Origin: an uncultured Collinsella sp.
Lineage (GTDB): Bacteria; Actinomycetota; Coriobacteriia; Coriobacteriales; Coriobacteriaceae
Assembly: GCA_959027945.1 (NCBI GenBank)
Contig: CAUFRO010000001.1
Span: 15,260 to 79,259, forward strand
DNA: 64,000 bases
Direction of reading: 5' to 3'
Shown here piece by piece: positions 19,666 through 29,459 of this stretch. Position numbers and translations under genes: made by a program. The notes beneath the pieces are model-generated. The model had not been told where the DNA came from and searched no databases. It was given only the letters and a program-made list of their open reading frames with translations. How positions within the stretch are numbered: the stretch's first letter is position 1; each line of letters starts with the position of its first letter.

Positions 19666-21624
19666 ATGGCGATTCGGACGATGGGGCCGAGCGGACAATA
19701 CGAGACTGGATTGGATGCTGCTGGTGCGGCGCTGCCCGAGTTGCTGGCGCCGGCGGGCGGGCTCGACCAGATGCTTGCGGCCATCGCCGCGGGTGCCGAT
19801 GCCATCTATGCGGGGTTGGGCGGCTTTAACGCCCGTGTGAGCGCCCATGGCTTTACGGATAACGAGTTTGCGCGCGGCTGCGCCGTGGCGCATGCCCATG
19901 GCGTGCGTGTGTACGTAACGCTCAACGTGTTCGTGTTTGACGATGAGTTGTCCGACGCGGTGGTGTTGGGAGCTCATGCACTGGAGCTGGGCGCCGATGC
20001 TCTGATTGTCGCCGATGCCGGGTTGGCCTGCGCGCTGCGCGCGGCGATTCCCGGGGTCGAGATTCACCTGTCCACGCAGGCGGGCGTTCATAGCGAAGGC
20101 GCCGTGCGGCTTGCCGCCGATGAGCTGGGGGTCGAGCGCGTGACGACGGCACGCGAGCTGACGGTCGACGAGATTGCGGCGCTATGTGCCACGGGTGTGC
20201 CCATCGAGGTATTCTGCCACGGTGCGATTTGCATCGGCTATTCGGGGGCGTGCGAGTTCTCGGCCCTGCGGCGTGGGCGCTCGGCGATGCGCGGCGACTG
20301 CACGCAGCCGTGCCGTCTGGCGTACGACCTGGTGGACGAGGCGGGGCAGAGCGTTGTCGCCGTCGAGGGAGATCGCCTGCTGTGCCCGCGCGACTATCTG
20401 GGTATTGCGCATCTGCCCGAGCTTGTAGATGCCGGCGTGGCGTCGCTCAAGATCGAGGGGCGCATGAAGAACCCCGATTACGTATTCAACGTGGTGCGGG
20501 TGTGGCGCCGGGCACTCGATATGCTGTGCGACGGCGCGTGGGACCCCGATGCCGTGGAAGAGCTTGAGCGCGAGCTGGGAAGGTCGTTTAACCGCGGGTT
20601 TACCGACGCGTATTTGCGAGGCCGCTCGGGTGCGGAGCTTATGAGTTTTGAACGCGCAATTAACCAGGGCGTGCGCGTGGGGCGTTTGGTCGCTGTGGGC
20701 CACGAAGAGGTGACCGTTGAGCTCGACGCCGCCGTGGCGGCGGGTGACACGCTCGAGATTCGGTTCTATCCGGGTGTCGACGCGCGTCCCGATGCGCCCA
20801 AGCGCTGGCCGCAGGTGCCCTGCCCGGTGGATGCAGCAGCGGGGAAGCGCATCGTCGTGCATTGCAAGCGTAAGGTGGACGCGGGCTGCGAGGTGTACCT
20901 GATTCGCAGCGCCGGCGTGTTGGATCAGACGGCGGCGGTGTTGGAGCGCATGCGGGCCGAGGCGGATGCGATTGCGCCCGTTGAGCGTGCCGTTGAAGTG
21001 CTGCCCTTTGAGGGCGTTGCGGTGGATGGCGGTGCATCGACGGAGTTGGTGGAGTGCGCGGTTCCCACTCGCATGGTTTTTGCTTGGCAGCTGATGGATG
21101 CCGACCCGCGCGGAGAACTCGATTTGTCCGACGCCGTTGTGGTGCTTGACGAGGTGTGCCGCGCGAGTGACGCTGACTGGACCCGCTCACTGATGCAGCG
21201 TGCCGGGCGCGTCGTCTGCCGCAACCTGGGGCAGGTGGCGATCGCTCGCGAGCTGGGCGTGACGTTTGACGTGGCGGCGCCGGTGTTCTGCGCGAATCGG
21301 GCCACGCTTACCTGGCTGCGCGGATTCGGTGCGGGGCGGGTGTACTTGCCGGCCGAGTTGCTCGGCAATGATGCGGAGCGTATTGCCGAGCTGGCTGCTG
21401 AACCCGGCGTCTTGGGTCCGGTCGACGCCGACCGTCCCGAGCTTATGGTGTGCGAGCACTGCCTGCTGACCGCCGAGGGCGTCTGCGTCACCGATGCGAC
21501 GGGACAGGTTCGTTGCCGCGACTGCTTGCGTCGTCGGCAGGTACGCTATCTGGTCGAGCGTGACGGTACACGTCTGCCAGTTGCCATTGACGCATGCGGC
21601 AGGACGAGGATTTTCCTGTCGTAG
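19666..21624 (+). CDS. Peptidase U32 family protein (RlhA/TrhP-like RNA hydroxylation)
   Basis: ELLAPAG, GADAIY, HLSTQ, HGAICIGYSGAC, RGDCTQPCR, LKIEGR. Confidence 0.85.
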   Translation: MAIRTMGPSGQYETGLDAAGAALPELLAPAGGLDQMLAAIAAGADAIYAGLGGFNARVSAHGFTDNEFARGCAVAHAHGVRVYVTLNVFVFDDELSDAVVLGAHALELGADALIVADAGLACALRAAIPGVEIHLSTQAGVHSEGAVRLAADELGVERVTTARELTVDEIAALCATGVPIEVFCHGAICIGYSGACEFSALRRGRSAMRGDCTQPCRLAYDLVDEAGQSVVAVEGDRLLCPRDYLGIAHLPELVDAGVASLKIEGRMKNPDYVFNVVRVWRRALDMLCDGAWDPDAVEELERELGRSFNRGFTDAYLRGRSGAELMSFERAINQGVRVGRLVAVGHEEVTVELDAAVAAGDTLEIRFYPGVDARPDAPKRWPQVPCPVDAAAGKRIVVHCKRKVDAGCEVYLIRSAGVLDQTAAVLERMRAEADAIAPVERAVEVLPFEGVAVDGGASTELVECAVPTRMVFAWQLMDADPRGELDLSDAVVVLDEVCRASDADWTRSLMQRAGRVVCRNLGQVAIARELGVTFDVAAPVFCANRATLTWLRGFGAGRVYLPAELLGNDAERIAELAAEPGVLGPVDADRPELMVCEHCLLTAEGVCVTDATGQVRCRDCLRRRQVRYLVERDGTRLPVAIDACGRTRIFLS

Positions 21625-21720
21625 GTGCCGCGTCGCGTCAGTTTGTTATCATAAGAGAGTTTATGGACTTCCAGCACCGCCGTTTTCGGCGAGGGTGCTA
21701 TAGAAAAAGGAGGATACCCA

Positions 21721-22932
21721 ATGCTGTCTGTTGACGAGCAAATGCGTATCATCACCTCGGGCGCCGCGCAGATCGTTCCCGAGGCCGACCTTCGCAAGAA
21801 GCTTGAGAAGGGCGAGCCCCTCAACATCAAGCTCGGCGTCGATCCCACCAGCCCCGACCTGCACCTGGGCCACGCCGTGCCCCTGCGCAAGATGCGTCAG
21901 TTCCAGGACCTGGGCCACAACGTCACCCTCATCATCGGCAACGGCACCGCGCTGATCGGCGACCCTTCGGGCAAGAATTCCACCCGTCCGCAGCTTTCGC
22001 AGGAGCAGATTGAGGCCAATGCCGAGACCTACGTGAGCCAGGCCATGAAGATCCTGGATCCCGAGAAGACCACCATCGTGCACAACGGCGACTGGATCCT
22101 TTCGATGGACCTGGCCGGCCTGCTGCAGGTGTGCTCCAAGTTCACCGTCGCCCGCATTCTTGAGCGCGACGACTTTACCAAGCGCTACCAGTCTCAGACG
22201 CCGATCGCCCTGCATGAGTTCCTGTATCCCGTGATGCAGGCTTTCGACTCCGTGCAGATCAAGGCCGACGTGGAGATGGGCGGCACCGATCAGCTCTTCA
22301 ACCTGCTCGCTGGCCGTGAGCTCATGGAGAAGATGGGCATGGAGCCGCAGATCGCGCTCACCATGCCGCTGCTCGAGGGTACCGACGGCGTGCGCAAGAT
22401 GTCCAAGTCATACGGCAACTACATCGGCCTGACCGACGCTCCCAAGGATATGTTCGGCAAGACCATGTCCATCCCCGATGAGATGATCGGCAAGTACTAC
22501 CGCCTGGCGAGCTCGCTCACCCCGGCCGAGGTCGACAAGATCGACGCTGCCCTGGCCGATGGTTCTGCCGACCCCTACGAGCTCAAGCGCGCTCTGGGTC
22601 GCGACCTGTGCGACACCTACCACGGCGTCGGTGCCGGCGACGAGGCTCAGGCCGAGTTCGACCGCGTGTTCAAGGAGGGCCAGCTTGCCGACTTCCCCGA
22701 GAAGCACGTTGAGCTGACCGTCAACGACGAGGGCCAGATCTACCTCGCAGGCCTGCTTAAGGACCTGGGCCTTTCGGCGAGCGCCGGCCAGGCCCGTCGC
22801 GACATTGACGGTGGCGGCGTCAAGATCAACGGCAAGGCGGTGGCTCCCAAGAGCTATAACATCGATCCCAGCGCCCTCAAGCTGGGCGACACCCTCTCCG
22901 TAGGCAAGCGCAAGGGCTTTAAGTTGGTCTAA
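21721..22932 (+). CDS. tyrS: Tyrosine--tRNA ligase
   Basis: GVDPTSPDLHLGH, GGTDQLFN, KMSKS, C-terminal S4 domain. Confidence 0.99.
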   Translation: MLSVDEQMRIITSGAAQIVPEADLRKKLEKGEPLNIKLGVDPTSPDLHLGHAVPLRKMRQFQDLGHNVTLIIGNGTALIGDPSGKNSTRPQLSQEQIEANAETYVSQAMKILDPEKTTIVHNGDWILSMDLAGLLQVCSKFTVARILERDDFTKRYQSQTPIALHEFLYPVMQAFDSVQIKADVEMGGTDQLFNLLAGRELMEKMGMEPQIALTMPLLEGTDGVRKMSKSYGNYIGLTDAPKDMFGKTMSIPDEMIGKYYRLASSLTPAEVDKIDAALADGSADPYELKRALGRDLCDTYHGVGAGDEAQAEFDRVFKEGQLADFPEKHVELTVNDEGQIYLAGLLKDLGLSASAGQARRDIDGGGVKINGKAVAPKSYNIDPSALKLGDTLSVGKRKGFKLV

Positions 22933-22959
22933 CGAGCGAGTTGACCTCACAAGTGCAAT

Positions 22960-22995
22960 AAGGCCGCAGCCGGGAATCCCGACTGCGGCCTTTTA
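22960..22995 (+). terminator. tyrS terminator
   Basis: AAGGCCGCAG...CTGCGGCCTTTT. Confidence 0.8.
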
Positions 22996-23172
22996 GTTAC
23001 GCGGTTTTACCAAACCGCGTAACGGCTCGACGCTGCAAACCCGCCAGAGCGGCAATCTGCCTTTCAACTTCGGCGGCATGACCAAAAGATCAATGCCGCC
23101 TCGTTTCAAGGCACCTTGCTCGCTCTGGCGGGTTTTCGCTGACTTTGCCAAGGCATCGGCGCCGCCGTTGTT

Positions 23173-23262
23173 GGTACTTGGGGACGTTCCTTATGTGCCG
23201 GCACCTGGGGACACTCCTTGTCATTGGTGCAAAGCAACCTCTCCTCATTGCACCAAATGGCG
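23173..23262. repeat. Cluster of GGGACG/AACCT(G/C)TCC-loop hairpin repeats
   Basis: GGGACGTTCCTT...GCCGGC...GGGGACA matches 26215-26254; ATTGGTGCAA...GCACCAAATGGC matches 36715-36753. Confidence 0.65.
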
Positions 23263-23381
23263 TGTGCCGTTAAGCGGAAGGGGTGTTAGCGGGGCCTTCT
23301 TTTGGGCATACAATTGCTATTGGCTTGCTGCGGTGAAGGCTCGTCCGCTCCGCAGTTATTTCTACCGTTAAAGGAGTATGT

Positions 23382-25202
23382 ATGTCCGTTGAGGTCATGA
23401 GGTCCGTGATTGATGCAGCCGAGGGCCGCGTGCCCGTCGACACGCTGTTTGCCAATGCGCAGATTGTCGACGTATATGGCCAGCGCGTGGCGCCCGGTAG
23501 CGTTGCCGTCAAGGACGGCGTAATCGTCGGCGTGCTCTACGACGGTCGCGACGATGCCGCTGGCACCTATGAGGCGACCGAGGTCATTGACTGCCAGGGC
23601 CGCTATCTCGCCCCCGGCTTTATCGACGGACATCTGCACATTGAGTCCTCGAACATCCGTCCCGCCGAGTATGCGCGCATGGCGGCGACGCGCGGCACCA
23701 CCACTGCCATTGCCGACAGCCACGAGATCGCCAACGTTTCCGGCCTGGACGGCCTGCGCTTTATGATCGAGGATGGCCGCCGCGCACCCATCTCCATCAA
23801 GTACATGATGCCTTCGTGCGTGCCCGCGCTGCCCGACGAGCAGGCCGGTGCCGTTATTTCGGCTGCCGATATGCAGGCGTTTTTTGCCGAGCATCCAGGC
23901 GATGTCTTTGGTCTGGGCGAAATGATGAACCTGCCGGGCGTCTTTATGGCCGACCCCGAGACCTGTGCTCGCATCGATGCTGCCAACCAGACGCCGTCCA
24001 AGCAGGTCGACGGCCATGCGCCGCTCGTTGCCGGTAAGGACCTCAACGCCTATGCCGCAGCGGGCATTATCGCCGACCACGAGTCGACGATTCCCGAGGA
24101 GGCGCTCGACAAGCTATCCCGCGGCATGTATGTGATGCTGCGTGAGGGCACGTGCAGCCACGACTTGGCCAATTTGTCCCCGATGCTGCTGGAGAATCCC
24201 GCGCGCGCCCGCCGCTGCTGCTTTGCGACTGACGACCGCGCCCCTTCCGATGCGCTTGCGACCGGCATGATCGACAATGCCTGCCGCGTGGCGATTGAGG
24301 CCGGTGTCGACCCCGTGGTCGCTATCTCCATGGCGTCCCTCTCCACGGCCGAGGCGTTTGGCCTGGACCACGGTTGCCGCGACCCGCACGAACTGCGTGG
24401 CGCCATCGCCCCGGGCAAGCGTGCCGACCTGCTGGTACTCAACGACCTGACGTTTGCCACAGCTCCGCATCGCGTGTATGCCGCCGGCGCGCTCGTGGCA
24501 CAGGACGGCACTTTTGTGGGCGAGGTTGCGCCCGAGACCGCCGAGGTCGCAGCGCTTGCCGATGAGCTGCGTGCTTCCGTTAAGCTGCCGAAGCTATCGC
24601 TCGACGTGTTCGACTATGCCTTTAAGCCGGGCGAGGCCGTGATCGACGTGGTGCCGGGCAAGGCCATCACGAGCATGGCTCGTCCCGAGAATGCCGAGGG
24701 CCTGCGCCGCATTATGCTGATCGAGCGTCACGGTCGCGGCGTGTCGCTGCAGGCCGAGGGCGCCGATGGCGACGGTCCCGCCGGCATGGGGCTCGTCGGC
24801 AAGCATATCGGCCGTGGCTGGGTGCGCGGCTTTACCATCACGGGCGGTGCCATCGCCTCGACGATTGGCCACGATTCGCACAACGTGTGCGTCGTGGGCG
24901 ATAACGCTGCCGATATGATGGCTGCCGTCGAGGCTGTTGGCCAGGGCGGCCACGTGCTGGTGCGCAACGGCGAGGTCGTGGCGCGTATTCCGCTGGCGCT
25001 TGGTGGTCTGATGAGCGAGGGCACGGCCGAGGATGTCGCCGCACAGCACGACGACTTTATGGTCAAGGCGCGCGCCATGGGTATCGAGCCGCCGCTCGAC
25101 CCCATCATGGGCATCATCTTCCTGCCCCTGCCGGTCATCCCGACGCTCCGCATCCGCCCCGAGGGCATGTTCGACGTCACGACCTTCACCTACGCCGACT
25201 AG
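23382..25202 (+). CDS. ade: Adenine deaminase
   Basis: PGFIDGHLHIESS, LGEMMN, DGHAP, DHES, TDD, HDSHN motifs. Confidence 0.95.
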   Translation: MSVEVMRSVIDAAEGRVPVDTLFANAQIVDVYGQRVAPGSVAVKDGVIVGVLYDGRDDAAGTYEATEVIDCQGRYLAPGFIDGHLHIESSNIRPAEYARMAATRGTTTAIADSHEIANVSGLDGLRFMIEDGRRAPISIKYMMPSCVPALPDEQAGAVISAADMQAFFAEHPGDVFGLGEMMNLPGVFMADPETCARIDAANQTPSKQVDGHAPLVAGKDLNAYAAAGIIADHESTIPEEALDKLSRGMYVMLREGTCSHDLANLSPMLLENPARARRCCFATDDRAPSDALATGMIDNACRVAIEAGVDPVVAISMASLSTAEAFGLDHGCRDPHELRGAIAPGKRADLLVLNDLTFATAPHRVYAAGALVAQDGTFVGEVAPETAEVAALADELRASVKLPKLSLDVFDYAFKPGEAVIDVVPGKAITSMARPENAEGLRRIMLIERHGRGVSLQAEGADGDGPAGMGLVGKHIGRGWVRGFTITGGAIASTIGHDSHNVCVVGDNAADMMAAVEAVGQGGHVLVRNGEVVARIPLALGGLMSEGTAEDVAAQHDDFMVKARAMGIEPPLDPIMGIIFLPLPVIPTLRIRPEGMFDVTTFTYAD

Positions 25203-25246
25203 TCATCGGGGACGTTCTTAAACGACTAGTCATCGGGGACACTCTT
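25197..25246 (+). repeat. 27-bp tandem repeat, about 2 units
   Basis: GACTAGTCATCGGGGACGTTCTTAAAC then GACTAGTCATCGGGGACACTCTT. Confidence 0.85.
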
Positions 25247-25408
25247 TGACGTGTTGCCTGGCGCTGCGACTGTGGGACCCCTGGTGCGCGTGAGCTATTT
25301 GCTAGGTCCTTGTAACGTTTGCGCCCGCGGAGTCTTACCTGAGCTCCCTTTGGGTACGTTGGAATTGGATACACGTTCGATTCCAATAAGCCCGAAGGGA
25401 GCTTTTCT

Positions 25409-26203
25409 ATGTTTAAACTGATTGCATCCGATATGGACGGCACGCTGCTTGACGAAAACGGCCAGGTGCCTCCCGAGACCTACGAACTGATTTTGGCGCT
25501 ACGCGAGCATGGCGTGCATTTTGCCGCATCGTCAGGTCGTCGCTACGATCGCCTGTGCGAGTTCTTTGCGCCCGTTCGTGACAAGATGGACTTTGTCGCA
25601 GCTAACGGTGCCCAGGTCTACGCTGACGGCAAGATGGTAGACCGTGAGGTGTATTCGCACCTGGCGATTCGAAAGCTCGCCCAGGCCGTCGGGACGTTTC
25701 CCAATCTGCATCTTGCGCTCTTTGACCGAACCAAATCCTTCTTGCTCGATGACGAGTGCAAGTTCGTACGCGAGGTCGATAAGGACCTTCCCAATGCCGA
25801 GCGCATTTGGGAACTGCCCGATCCCAGCGTAAATATCATCAAGGCGAGTATCTTTTGCGATGACTGTGCCGTTATGGACAGTGCGTACGTGCTACAGCGA
25901 GAACTCGGTCAGCTCTTTACCTTTGCGCCTTCGGGCAACGCGTGGATCGATGCCATGCAGCCCGGTGTGTCGAAGGCCTCGGGCATCGCACAGCTTGCGG
26001 AGCATTACGGCATTGGACGCGACGAGATCATGGCGTTTGGCGACTCGATGAACGACTACGAGATCATTCGCTTTGTCGGCACGGGCTGCGCGATGGAAAA
26101 CGCGCGTCCGGCGCTCAAAGCGGTGGCCGATCGCGTGGTGGGGCGCAACCGCGACCACGCTGTCCAGCAAGAACTCCGCCGTGTTCTGGAGGGCCTCGCC
26201 TAA
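25409..26203 (+). CDS. Cof-type HAD-IIB phosphatase
   Basis: DMDGTLL, SGR, NGA, SKASG, FGDSMND. Confidence 0.93.
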   Translation: MFKLIASDMDGTLLDENGQVPPETYELILALREHGVHFAASSGRRYDRLCEFFAPVRDKMDFVAANGAQVYADGKMVDREVYSHLAIRKLAQAVGTFPNLHLALFDRTKSFLLDDECKFVREVDKDLPNAERIWELPDPSVNIIKASIFCDDCAVMDSAYVLQRELGQLFTFAPSGNAWIDAMQPGVSKASGIAQLAEHYGIGRDEIMAFGDSMNDYEIIRFVGTGCAMENARPALKAVADRVVGRNRDHAVQQELRRVLEGLA

Positions 26204-26266
26204 TCTGGCAGTTAGGGACGTTCCTTTTCTGCCGGCGGCCGGGGACAGTCCTTGCGGCGTCCCGCG

Positions 26267-26354
26267 AAGAGTGTCCCCAACGACTAGTCATTCAAGAACG
26301 TCCCCAATGACTAGTCGTTTAAGAACGTCCCCAATGACTACCCCCAACGACTAG
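26267..26354 (-). repeat. 27-bp tandem repeat, about 3 units, inverted relative to 25197-25246
   Basis: Reverse complement reads ...GTCATTGGGGACGTTCTTAAAC GACTAGTCATTGGGGACGTTCTTGAAT GACTAGTCGTTGGGGACACTCTT. Confidence 0.85.
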
Positions 26355-27193
26355 GCGAGGGCGGCCATGATGGTGCGGGCGACGCCGTCGTGGTCGTTGT
26401 CGTATTCGGTGATGGCGTCGGCCGCCTCGCGGTCCTCGGACTCGGCGTTGATCATGGCCATGCCGTGGCCCGCTGCCTGCAGCATGGGGATGTCGTTGAT
26501 GTTGTCGCCGAACGCCCAGGCGTCGGCGAGAGACTCGCCCAGATGCTCGCATAGCCACGTGAGGGCCGTTCCCTTGGTGGCACCCTCGCCCATAACCTCG
26601 ATATTCATGGCGTACGAACGCGTGACCTCGATCCCGCCGAGCGAATCAAGCGCAGCCGCGATGGCGTCGCGATCGGCCGGCTCGTGCCAGTACATGGCGA
26701 TGCGTTCGAGTGTCTCGACCTCGTCGATCTTGCTGTCGATATCCATGTCGATCGGTGTTCGTGTGCGCTTGAGCGAAGCCGCGATGTGGGGGTCGCCGCC
26801 ACAGAACTCGTCTAGGCGCGTGTAGAGCGAGCGGGGGAGGAAGCACTGCCCGTCCGCGAAGATATCGAAGGTAACGTCATGGCCGGCGGCAATGCTATGG
26901 ACGCGGTGGGCGATGGCGCGGTCGAGCGGTCGGCTCAAAATGCGCGTAGCACGTGAGGTATCCGTGGGTGTACCGTCGTCGAGCTGCCAGACGCTGGCGC
27001 CGTTGGCACAGACGGCATAGTGCACGGCGGGGTGGGCGAGGATGGGCTCAAAGACGCCCGAAAGCGGGCGCCCTGTGCAGGGCACAAACTCAATACCGCG
27101 GCGCGCAAGCTCGTCGAGCATCGCCCAGGTGGCGTCGCTCATCTGCTTATCACTCGTCAGCAGCGTTCCATCCATATCGGAAAACACAATCAT
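26351..27193 (-). CDS. Cof-type HAD-IIB phosphatase
   Basis: DMDGTLL, TGR, NGA, TKG, FGDNIND. Confidence 0.93.
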   Translation of the reverse strand: MIVFSDMDGTLLTSDKQMSDATWAMLDELARRGIEFVPCTGRPLSGVFEPILAHPAVHYAVCANGASVWQLDDGTPTDTSRATRILSRPLDRAIAHRVHSIAAGHDVTFDIFADGQCFLPRSLYTRLDEFCGGDPHIAASLKRTRTPIDMDIDSKIDEVETLERIAMYWHEPADRDAIAAALDSLGGIEVTRSYAMNIEVMGEGATKGTALTWLCEHLGESLADAWAFGDNINDIPMLQAAGHGMAMINAESEDREAADAITEYDNDHDGVARTIMAALA

Positions 27194-27280
27194 TCGTTGC
27201 AGCCCTTTCTGCTGGCATAAAAAGCGTGGCCGAGGGCGGTGATGCCCTGGCCACGCTCGAGTTCTATAACGGTCCGCGTC

Positions 27281-28699
27281 CTAGCGGTCGGCGAGCGGCT
27301 TGTACTCCAGCGGCTCGATCACCGGACGATAGGCGGGGCGGATGATACGGTGCGCGCAGAAGAGCTCTTCCATGCGGTGCGCCGACCAGCCGGCCATGCG
27401 GGCGACGGCGAATAGCGGCGTAAAGAGCGTCTCGGGCACGCCGAGCATCTTGTAGATAAAGCCCGTGTACAGGTCGATGTTGGCGCAGATGGGCTTGGTC
27501 ATGCCGTGGTCGCGCATGACCTGGGGTGCCAGGCGCTCGATACGCTCGATGAGTGCGAACTCTTCGCCCAAGTCCTTCTTGGCTGCCAGTGAGCGCGCGT
27601 AACGGCGGCAGACCTCGGCGCGCGGGTCGCTGAGCGTATAGACGGCGTGGCCCATGCCGTAGATGAGGCCCGTGCCGTCGAAGGCCTGCTTGTCGAGGAT
27701 CTTGCCCAGGTAGGCCGCGACCTCGTCCTCGTCCTCCCAGTTGGAGACATGCGCGCGGATGTCCTCGTGCATAGACACGACCTTGGCATTGGCGCCGCCG
27801 TGGCGCGGGCCCTTGAGCGAGCCGATAGCCGCGGCGTAGGCGGAATACGGGTCGGTGGCCGAAGACGACAGCACGCGGCAAGCGAAGGTAGAGTTGTTGC
27901 CGCCGCCGTGCTCGGCATGCAGCATGAGCATAACGTCGAGCAGCATCGCCTCATCGCGGGTGAACGCCATGCCGCCGCGCAGGACCTGTAGGATGGTCTC
28001 GGCGGTGGAGAGACCGGGCGTAGGGTGCGGCACGTGAACCTCGGAGCCGCGAAGCTTGGCGACCGAGGCCATGTGTGCGAAGGCGGCAATGCGCGGGAGA
28101 CGTGCGAGCATGGAAATGGCGACGTCGATTTCGTGCTCGGGCGTGATCACGTCTGGTTCGGCATCGAAGGCGTAGAGCAGCAGCACGGCGCGCTGGAGCA
28201 CGTTCATGATGCTCGACGACACCGTGGTCATGGGGAACTCTTTGACGTACTCGTCGCTCAGATGTCTAAAGGCACCCAGGCGCTCGCAGAAGCCGTCGAG
28301 CTCTTCCTTGTTGGGCAGCGAACCCGTGATAAGCAGATAGGCGACTTCCTCGTAGCCGTAGCGATTCTCGGCCTGGGCATTGTTGACCAGATCCTCGATG
28401 CTGTAGCCGCGAAGCGTGAGCTTGCCCTGATCGGGCACGACCTTTCCGTCGACCTTGTTGTAGCCGTGCACATCCGAGATACGAGTGAGGCCCGCGACCA
28501 CGCCCGAGCCGTCGGCATTGCGCAGGCCGCGCTTGACATTGTGCTCGACAAACAGGTCCTCGTCATAAGGGTCGGTCGGCAGGCCGTGGTAGAGGCTTTC
28601 GCTCTCAGGCGAAATCTGGCGGCTCGCTTCGTAGTCCAGAACCAGGCGGCTCAGGTGATCGTCAAAGCGGTAATAGATTTTCTTGGCGTCGTAGGCCAT
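27281..28699 (-). CDS. gltA: Citrate synthase
   Basis: LHAEHGGGNNSTF, GPRHGGAN, GMGHAVY, ANIDLY, RIIRP; start chosen at MAYDAK after GAGGAG. Confidence 0.93.
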   Translation of the reverse strand: MAYDAKKIYYRFDDHLSRLVLDYEASRQISPESESLYHGLPTDPYDEDLFVEHNVKRGLRNADGSGVVAGLTRISDVHGYNKVDGKVVPDQGKLTLRGYSIEDLVNNAQAENRYGYEEVAYLLITGSLPNKEELDGFCERLGAFRHLSDEYVKEFPMTTVSSSIMNVLQRAVLLLYAFDAEPDVITPEHEIDVAISMLARLPRIAAFAHMASVAKLRGSEVHVPHPTPGLSTAETILQVLRGGMAFTRDEAMLLDVMLMLHAEHGGGNNSTFACRVLSSSATDPYSAYAAAIGSLKGPRHGGANAKVVSMHEDIRAHVSNWEDEDEVAAYLGKILDKQAFDGTGLIYGMGHAVYTLSDPRAEVCRRYARSLAAKKDLGEEFALIERIERLAPQVMRDHGMTKPICANIDLYTGFIYKMLGVPETLFTPLFAVARMAGWSAHRMEELFCAHRIIRPAYRPVIEPLEYKPLADR

Positions 28700-28777
28700 G
28701 CGCGCTCCTCTCCGGGCCGTGTGGGGGCGGCGTGCTTGGGTGCAGATGCGCCAGCCTGTTTCCACACGGCCTGTTCG

Positions 28778-29065
28778 CTACAGGCGGTACATAAAGTTAA
28801 AGACGTCCTCGCGCTGGATGGACACGTTGACGCCCGAAAGCTCACCGGCCTCGGCCAGCGCCTTCTGCAGCTCGGCGAAGTCGAGCTTGGACTCGGCAGT
28901 GTCGGCCAGCATGGTCATGGTGAAGATGTCCTCGATAATAGACTGCGTAATGTCGCGGATGTCGACGTTGGCCTCGCCCAGAACACGGGTGACGCCGGCG
29001 ACGATGCCGGGGCGGTTCTTGCCAAGGACGGTGATGACGATACGGGAGGACGAGATCTCGGCCAT
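28778..29065 (-). CDS. ACT-domain protein (UPF0237-like)
   Basis: VITVLGKNRPGIVA...DITQ...QREDVFNFMYRL. Confidence 0.88.
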   Translation of the reverse strand: MAEISSSRIVITVLGKNRPGIVAGVTRVLGEANVDIRDITQSIIEDIFTMTMLADTAESKLDFAELQKALAEAGELSGVNVSIQREDVFNFMYRL

Positions 29066-29459
29066 GGGAAACCCTTTCGCGTGGTTGCGGCGCGCGGGGC
29101 GCTCCGCTACGGTACAGTGTTCATCATTGTACCTGTCTGGCGCAAAAAAGGCGCGCTCGCTGCGGCGTTACATGCCTGCAACATGAGCGTAAGGGGGAAG
29201 GCCGTACGGGGAAGAGCCGTCTGGCGCGTGTCCGGCTCGTGTTGGGTTGATTTCCGATCTCAGCCGAACACATTGAGCGGACAGGCCGTTCCCGCAGTCA
29301 GCCGAACGCCTCCGACGGCTGATTCCGAACTGGAAGCGGAGGGCATCCCCGCCCTTCGGTAGGGGATACCGCTCCGCGGCGCATGCCGCGGGCGGCGCCC
29401 CTATCGGACCACCGTGACCTCAGTTGGGATGGGCCCAGCACTGCCGCGTACTCGGTGAG

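Noticed and set aside
23300..23381. Purine riboswitch upstream of adenine deaminase (TTTCTACC present)
   Set aside because: Only that motif matches; the P1-P3 stems and loop-loop sequences could not be built
25197..26354. 27-bp repeats as a CRISPR array
   Set aside because: Units are directly tandem with no unique spacers, and there are no cas genes in the window
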